IMG/VR virus record: IMGVR_UViG_2713897042_000007
Length of the DNA stretch: 32,946 bases
Source of the DNA: a virus
Taxonomy: Duplodnaviria; Heunggongvirae; Uroviricota; Caudoviricetes
Reading direction: 5' to 3' (one strand)
Below are positions 27,548-32,946 of this stretch, in pieces (within the stretch, counting starts at the first letter, position 1; every line of letters starts with the position of its first letter). A program made the translations under genes and the position numbers. The notes beneath the pieces are model-generated. The model was not told where the DNA came from and did not search any database. It saw nothing but the letters and a program-made list of their open reading frames with translations.

Positions 27548-28066
27548 ATGGCAATGCCGCGCAAACTCAAGTTAATGAACGTCTTTCTGAACGGCTACAG
27601 CTATCAGTGCGTTGCAAAGTCCGTCACGCTGCCAAAACTGACCCGTAAGCTCGAAAACTATCGCGGTGCGGGGATGAACGGCAGCGCACCGGTAGACCTC
27701 GGCCTTGATGACGATGCGCTGTCAATGGAGTGGTCTCTCGGGGGCTTCCCGGATTCGGTTATCTGGGAGCTTTACGCCGCAACCGGTGTGGATGCTGTGC
27801 CGATTCGTTTTGCCGGTTCTTACCAGCGCGACGATACCGGCGAAACGGTGGCCGTCGAGGTGGTCATGCGTGGACGTCAGAAAGAAATCGACACCGGCGA
27901 GGGGAAACAGGGAGAAGACACCGAGTCGAAAATCTCCGTGGTCTGTACCTATTTCCGGCTGACGATGGACGGTAAGGAGTTGGTCGAAATTGACACCATC
28001 AACATGATTGAGAAGGTGAACGGCGTCGACCGGCTGGAGCAACACCGCCGCAATATCGGCCTGTGA
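27548..28066 (+). CDS. FII: Tail tube protein
   Basis: 172 aa, the P2 FII length. Confidence 0.93.
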   Translation: MAMPRKLKLMNVFLNGYSYQCVAKSVTLPKLTRKLENYRGAGMNGSAPVDLGLDDDALSMEWSLGGFPDSVIWELYAATGVDAVPIRFAGSYQRDDTGETVAVEVVMRGRQKEIDTGEGKQGEDTESKISVVCTYFRLTMDGKELVEIDTINMIEKVNGVDRLEQHRRNIGL

Positions 28067-28122
28067 TTTTCATCCGGTCAGCCGGGCTGACCGGTTAACC
28101 CCGATTCATAAGTGAGAAAACC

Positions 28123-28398
28123 ATGAACAAAGAAAATGTGATTACCCTGGACAATCCGGTCAAGCGTGGTGAGCAGGTTATCGAACAGGTCACGCTGATG
28201 AAACCCAATGCCGGGACGCTGCGCGGTGTCAGTCTGGCTGCGGTCGCAAATTCCGAAGTCGATGCACTGATTAAAGTGCTGCCGCGCATGACGGCACCGA
28301 TGCTGACCGAGCAGGAGGTCGCCGCGCTGGAACTGCCTGACCTTGTGGCGCTGGCCGGTAAGGTGGTCGGTTTTTTGTCGCCGAACTCGGTGCAGTAA
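28123..28398 (+). CDS. E: Tail assembly chaperone E
   Basis: 91 aa, the P2 E length. Contains the slippery heptamer T_TTT_TTG at 28371-28377. Confidence 0.88.
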   Translation: MNKENVITLDNPVKRGEQVIEQVTLMKPNAGTLRGVSLAAVANSEVDALIKVLPRMTAPMLTEQEVAALELPDLVALAGKVVGFLSPNSVQ

Positions 28399-28550
28399 CG
28401 TTTCCGAAAAATCTCTCGGTCGATGACCTGATGGCGGATGTGGCAGTGATATTTCACTGGCCGCCATCAGAACTGTATCCCATGAGCCTGACCGAACTCA
28501 TCACATGGCGCGAAAAGGCGCTCCGGCGAAGCGGAAACACGAATGAGTAA
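28123..28550 (+). CDS. E': Tail assembly chaperone E+E' (programmed -1 frameshift product)
   Basis: A -1 shift at 28371-28377 opens a 57-codon extension with no stop until TAA at 28548-28550. Total 142 aa, the P2 E+E' length. Confidence 0.75.
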
Positions 28551-30990
28551 CAATGTAAAATTACAGGTATTGCTCAGGGCTGTTGACCAGGCATCCCGCC
28601 CGTTTAAATCCATCCGCACAGCGAGCAAATCGCTGTCGGGGGATATCCGGGACACACAAAAATCACTGCGCGAGCTGAACGGTCACGCATCCCGTATTGA
28701 GGGATTTCGCAAGACCAGTGCACAGCTCGCCGTGACTGGTCAGGAACTGAAAAAAGCCAGACAGGAAGCCGCAGCTCTGGCTGTCCAGTTTAAAAATACT
28801 GAACGACCGACAAATGCACAGGCAAAGGCAATGGAAGCCGCGCGTAAAAATGCGTCTGAGTTACAGGCGAAATATAACAGCCTGAGATTGTCGGTACAGC
28901 GCCAGCGTCAGGAATTGAGTCAGGCGGGTATTAATACCCGTAATCTGGCGCATGATGAACGAGGGCTGAAAAACCGTATCAGTGAAACCACCGCACAGCT
29001 TAACCGTCAGCGTGACGCGCTGGCACGTGTCAGTGCACAACAGGCAAAACTTAACGCAGTCAAACAGCGTTATCAGGCCGGAAAGGAACTGGCCGGAAAT
29101 ATGGCCTCGGTGGGCGCTGCCGGTGTGGGGATTGCGGCGGCGGGAACGATGGCCGGAGTTAAGTTGCTAATGCCCGGTTATGAGTTTGCGCAGAAAAACT
29201 CAGAATTGCAGGCCGTGCTCGGAGTGGCAAAAGACTCCGCCGAAATGGCTGCACTCCGCAAGCAGGCGCGCCAGCTCGGCGATAATACCGCCGCCTCGGC
29301 GGATGATGCGGCCGGTGCGCAGATTATCATTGCGAAAGCGGGTGGAGATGCTGCGGCTATTCAGGCGGCAACGCCGGTCACGCTGAATATGGCACTGGCG
29401 AATCAGCGGTCGATGGAAGAAAACGCGCAACTGTTACTGGGGACTAAGGCATCCTTTCAACTGTCAAATGATGATGTCAGCCATGTGGGCGACGTGTTGT
29501 CGGCAACGATGAATAAGTCGGCGGCTGATTTTCAGGGACTCAGTGATGCACTGACTTACCTCGGGCCGGTTGCGAGGACGGCAGGTGTAAGTCTTGAGCA
29601 GGCAGCGGCCATGACAGGTGTGCTGCATGACAATAACATCAGGGGGTCAATGGCGGGTACGGGTAGCAGTGCCGTTGTCACCCGATTACAGGCACCGACT
29701 GGAAAAGCATGGGATGCACTCAAAGAGCTTGGCGTTAAAACCTCGGACAAAAAGGGAAATATGCGTCCGTTGTTCACCATTCTGAAAGAGATTCAGGCCA
29801 GCTTTGATAAACACAAGCTGGGAACGTCTCAGAAGGGGGAATACCTTAAAACCATTTTTGGTGAGGAAGCCCTGAAATCAGCGAACGTTTTACTGGCAGC
29901 GGCAGCAAGCGGAAAACTGGATACGCTGACCGCCACGCTGAAAGCCTCGGACGGTAAAACGGAAGAGCTGGTTAAAATCATGCAGGATAACCTCGGCGGT
30001 GACTTTAAGGAGTTTCAGTCCGCTTATGAGGCGGTGGGGACTGACCTGTTTGACCAGCAAGAAGGCACACTGCGTAAGCTCACGCAGACGGCCACAAAGT
30101 ATGTGTTAAAACTCGACGGCTGGATACAGAAAAACAAATCACTGGCGTCAACCATTGGCCTCATTGCCGGTGGCGCACTGGCGCTGACTGGTGTCATCGG
30201 TGCCATTGGTCTTGTAGCCTGGCCGGTTATCACCGGCATCAATGCCATCATCGCGGCAGCAGGCGCAATGGGGGCAATCTTCACGACGGTTGGTAGTGCC
30301 GTTATGACGGCCATCGGGGCGATTAGCTGGTCGGTTGTGGCTGTGGTGGCCGCCATTGTCGCCGGGGCGTTGCTTATCCGTAAATACTGGGAGCCTGTCA
30401 GCGCATTCTTCGGCGGTGTGGTTGAAGGGCTGAAAGCAGCATTTGCGCCGGTGGGGGAACTGTTCACGCCACTTAAGCCGGTGTTTGACTGGCTGGGTGA
30501 AAAGTTACAGGCCGCGTGGCAGTGGTTTAAAAACCTGATTGCCCCGGTTAAAGCCACCCAGGACACCCTGAACCGTTGCCGTGACACGGGCGTCATGTTC
30601 GGGCAGGCACTGGCTGACGCGCTGATGCTGCCGCTTAATGCGTTCAACAAACTGCGCAGCGGTATTGACTGGGTACTGGAAAAGCTCGGGGTCATCAACA
30701 AAGAGTCAGACACACTTGACCAGACCGCCGCCAGAACTCATGCCGCCACGTATGGCACCGGTGGTTATATTCCGGCGACCAGCTCTTATGCAGGCTATCA
30801 GGCTTATCAGCCGGTCACGGCACCGGCTGGCCGCTCTTATGTGGACCAGAGTAAAAACGAATATCACATCAGCCTGACGGGTGGTACTGCGCCGGGGACA
30901 CAGCTTGACCGCCAGTTACAGGATGCGCTCGAAAAATACGAGCGGGATAAACGTGCGCGCGCCCGTGCCAGCATGATGCATGACGGTTAA
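28543..30990 (+). CDS. T: Tail tape measure protein
   Basis: 815 aa, the P2 T length. Helical N-terminal half and Gly/Ala-rich hydrophobic segments. Confidence 0.93.
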   Translation: MSNNVKLQVLLRAVDQASRPFKSIRTASKSLSGDIRDTQKSLRELNGHASRIEGFRKTSAQLAVTGQELKKARQEAAALAVQFKNTERPTNAQAKAMEAARKNASELQAKYNSLRLSVQRQRQELSQAGINTRNLAHDERGLKNRISETTAQLNRQRDALARVSAQQAKLNAVKQRYQAGKELAGNMASVGAAGVGIAAAGTMAGVKLLMPGYEFAQKNSELQAVLGVAKDSAEMAALRKQARQLGDNTAASADDAAGAQIIIAKAGGDAAAIQAATPVTLNMALANQRSMEENAQLLLGTKASFQLSNDDVSHVGDVLSATMNKSAADFQGLSDALTYLGPVARTAGVSLEQAAAMTGVLHDNNIRGSMAGTGSSAVVTRLQAPTGKAWDALKELGVKTSDKKGNMRPLFTILKEIQASFDKHKLGTSQKGEYLKTIFGEEALKSANVLLAAAASGKLDTLTATLKASDGKTEELVKIMQDNLGGDFKEFQSAYEAVGTDLFDQQEGTLRKLTQTATKYVLKLDGWIQKNKSLASTIGLIAGGALALTGVIGAIGLVAWPVITGINAIIAAAGAMGAIFTTVGSAVMTAIGAISWSVVAVVAAIVAGALLIRKYWEPVSAFFGGVVEGLKAAFAPVGELFTPLKPVFDWLGEKLQAAWQWFKNLIAPVKATQDTLNRCRDTGVMFGQALADALMLPLNAFNKLRSGIDWVLEKLGVINKESDTLDQTAARTHAATYGTGGYIPATSSYAGYQAYQPVTAPAGRSYVDQSKNEYHISLTGGTAPGTQLDRQLQDALEKYERDKRARARASMMHDG

Positions 30991-31004
30991 GGAGGTGACG
31001 AAAA

Positions 31005-31484
31005 ATGATGCTCGCGTTAGGTATGTTTGTTTTTATGCGCCAGACGCTGCCACACCAGACCATGCAGCGTGAATCAGATTATCGCTGGCCGTCAAATTCC
31101 CGTATCGGTAAACGGGATGCCTTTCAGTTTCTCGGTGTGGGTGAGGAAAACATTACGCTTGCCGGTGTGCTTTATCCAGAACTGACAGGCGGAAAGCTGA
31201 CGATGACCACGCTCAGACTGATGGCAGAGGAAGGCCGGGCGTGGCCGTTGCTGGATGGCACCGGCATGATTTACGGCATGTATGTCATCAGCAGGGTGAG
31301 TGAAACAGGGAGTATTTTCTTTGCAGACGGCACACCCCGAAAAATTGATTTTACGCTGTCGCTCACCCGCGTTGATGAATCACTGGCCGCGCTTTATGGC
31401 GATATCGGTAAACAGGCGGAATCGCTCATCGGTAAGGCGGGCAGTATGGCGACTAAATTCACGGGTATGACGGGGGCGGGATAA
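31005..31484 (+). CDS. U: Tail protein U
   Basis: 159 aa, the P2 U length. Confidence 0.9.
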   Translation: MMLALGMFVFMRQTLPHQTMQRESDYRWPSNSRIGKRDAFQFLGVGEENITLAGVLYPELTGGKLTMTTLRLMAEEGRAWPLLDGTGMIYGMYVISRVSETGSIFFADGTPRKIDFTLSLTRVDESLAALYGDIGKQAESLIGKAGSMATKFTGMTGAG

Positions 31485-32647
31485 TGCTGGATGCGCTGAC
31501 ATTTGATGCAGGCAGTACGCTGACGCCGGATTACATGCTGATGCTCGACAGCAGGGATATTACCGGTAATATCAGCGACCGTCTGATGAGTATGACCCTG
31601 ACGGATAACCGGGGCTTTGAGGCTGACCAGCTTGATATTGAACTGAACGATGCCGACGGGCAGGTCGGGCTGCCGGTTCGTGGCGCTGTCCTGACGGTGT
31701 ATATCGGCTGGAAAGGTTTTGCCCTGGTATGCAAAGGGAAATTTACCGTTGATGAGGTTGAACACCGGGGCGCACCGGATGTGGTCACCATCCGCGCCCG
31801 GAGTGCAGATTTTCGCGGGACGCTCAATTCCCGCCGTGAAGGCTCCTGGCATGACACCACGCTCGGTGCGATTGTTGAGGCGATAGCCTCCCGTAACAGG
31901 CTGGAAGCCAGTGTCGCTCCGTCACTGGCCGGAGTTAAAATTCCGCACATCGACCAGTCGCAGGAGTCTGATGCAAAATTCCTGACCCGCCTTGCTGAAC
32001 GCAACGGCGGTGAGGTGTCGGTAAAAATGGGAAAACTGTTGTTTCTCAAGGCGGGGCAGGGGGTGACGGCCAGCGGTAAAAAAATCCCGCAGATTACCAT
32101 CACCCGCAGCGACGGCGACCGTCATCATTTTGCGATTGCTGACCGTGGAGCTTACACCGGCGTAACGGCAAAGTGGTTACACACCAAAGACCCGAAGCCG
32201 CAAAAGCAGAAGGTAAAACTGAAACGCAAAAAGAAAGAGAAACACCTGCGCGCACTGGAGCACCCGAAAGCGAAACCGGTCATGCAGAAGAAAGCGCCAA
32301 AAGTACCGGAAGCGCGCGAAGGTGAATACATGGCCGGTGAGGCTGACAACGTTTTTGCACTGACCACGGTATATGCCACGAAAGCGCAGGCCATGCGCGC
32401 CGCTCAGGCGAAGTGGGACAAACTGCAACGGGGCGTCGCGGAGTTTTCCATCAGCCTGGCTACCGGTCGGGCTGATATTTACACGGAAACACCGGTTAAA
32501 GTGTCAGGCTTTAAGTGCGTCATAGACGAGCAGGACTGGACAATCACTAAGGTGACACATTTTCTGAATAATAGCGGCTTCACGACGTCCTTAGAGCTTG
32601 AGGTCAGGCTTTCTGATGTGGAGTACGAAACAGAAGATGATGAGTGA
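31484..32647 (+). CDS. D: Tail protein D
   Basis: 387 aa, the P2 D length. Last structural gene before ogr. Confidence 0.92.
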   Translation: MLDALTFDAGSTLTPDYMLMLDSRDITGNISDRLMSMTLTDNRGFEADQLDIELNDADGQVGLPVRGAVLTVYIGWKGFALVCKGKFTVDEVEHRGAPDVVTIRARSADFRGTLNSRREGSWHDTTLGAIVEAIASRNRLEASVAPSLAGVKIPHIDQSQESDAKFLTRLAERNGGEVSVKMGKLLFLKAGQGVTASGKKIPQITITRSDGDRHHFAIADRGAYTGVTAKWLHTKDPKPQKQKVKLKRKKKEKHLRALEHPKAKPVMQKKAPKVPEAREGEYMAGEADNVFALTTVYATKAQAMRAAQAKWDKLQRGVAEFSISLATGRADIYTETPVKVSGFKCVIDEQDWTITKVTHFLNNSGFTTSLELEVRLSDVEYETEDDE

Positions 32648-32727
32648 AATTTTATTTTATCTGTTTGTTTTGTAAGGATAAATTAACTAGAATGGCACCA
32701 TCAACAAAACCGGAAGAGGTGCTCGCG

Positions 32728-32946
32728 ATGTTTCATTGTCCTTTATGCCAGCATGCCGCACATGCGCGTACAAGCCGCTATATCACTGACACGACAAAAG
32801 AGCGTTATCACCAGTGTCAGAACGTGAATTGCAGCGCCACGTTCATCACTTATGAGTCGGTACAGCGATACATCGTGAAGCCGGGAGAAGTCCATGCCGT
32901 GAGGCCGCACCCGTTGCCGTCAGGGCAGCAAATTATGTGGATGTAA
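32728..32946 (+). CDS. ogr: Late-gene transcriptional activator Ogr (zinc finger)
   Basis: Start at the internal ATG 32728 gives 72 aa (MFHCPLCQHAAHARTSRYITDTTKERYHQCQNVNC...), closely matching P2 Ogr as I recall it, with CxxC...CxxxxC zinc ligands. The in-frame upstream part of the track ORF is probably 5' leader. Confidence 0.9.
   Translation: MFHCPLCQHAAHARTSRYITDTTKERYHQCQNVNCSATFITYESVQRYIVKPGEVHAVRPHPLPSGQQIMWM

Noticed and set aside
28078-28467. Minus-strand ORFs overlapping tail chaperone gene E (28078-28467, 28095-28457).
   Set aside because: Antisense to a conserved gene that also carries the frameshift signal. No start context.
32644-32727. N-terminal extension of ogr (100-aa version beginning MKFYFICLFCK).
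   Set aside because: The 72-aa product from ATG 32728 matches canonical Ogr. The extension covers AT-rich DNA that looks like the ogr promoter and leader.
1-32946. Looked for tRNA or rRNA genes, CRISPR arrays, and IS or transposase genes.
   Set aside because: No regularly spaced direct repeats, no tRNA-like structure that I could see by eye, and no transposase-like ORF. The only recombinase is the phage integrase.

Overview
The window is essentially one complete P2-like (Peduovirinae) temperate prophage from an enterobacterial-type host, in integrated order: int, C repressor, cox, early/replication genes B and A, an accessory island, cos, then the late operons from Q/P (minus strand) through to D and ogr. 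The int stop codon sits at bases 1-3 and the ogr stop at the last three bases, so attL/attR and host flanks lie just outside. About 30 core genes match P2 in order and, for most, in exact protein length (recalled from memory, not searched). Two AT-rich cargo loci stand out at the positions where P2 carries tin/old and Z/fun. Locus 1 (6605-9567) has a ~500-aa protein with a ParB/Srx-like N-terminal domain followed by a Dam-family N6-adenine methyltransferase, behind a promoter region dense in TGATA-type inverted repeats. Locus 2 (24702-26344) has a ~420-bp non-coding leader with long inverted repeats, a 280-aa protein with no motif I recognise, and a tiny ORF with a strong RBS. These are the best candidates for an undescribed anti-phage or exclusion system, but function is inferred from position and domain motifs only. 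No tRNA, rRNA, CRISPR array or transposase was seen.
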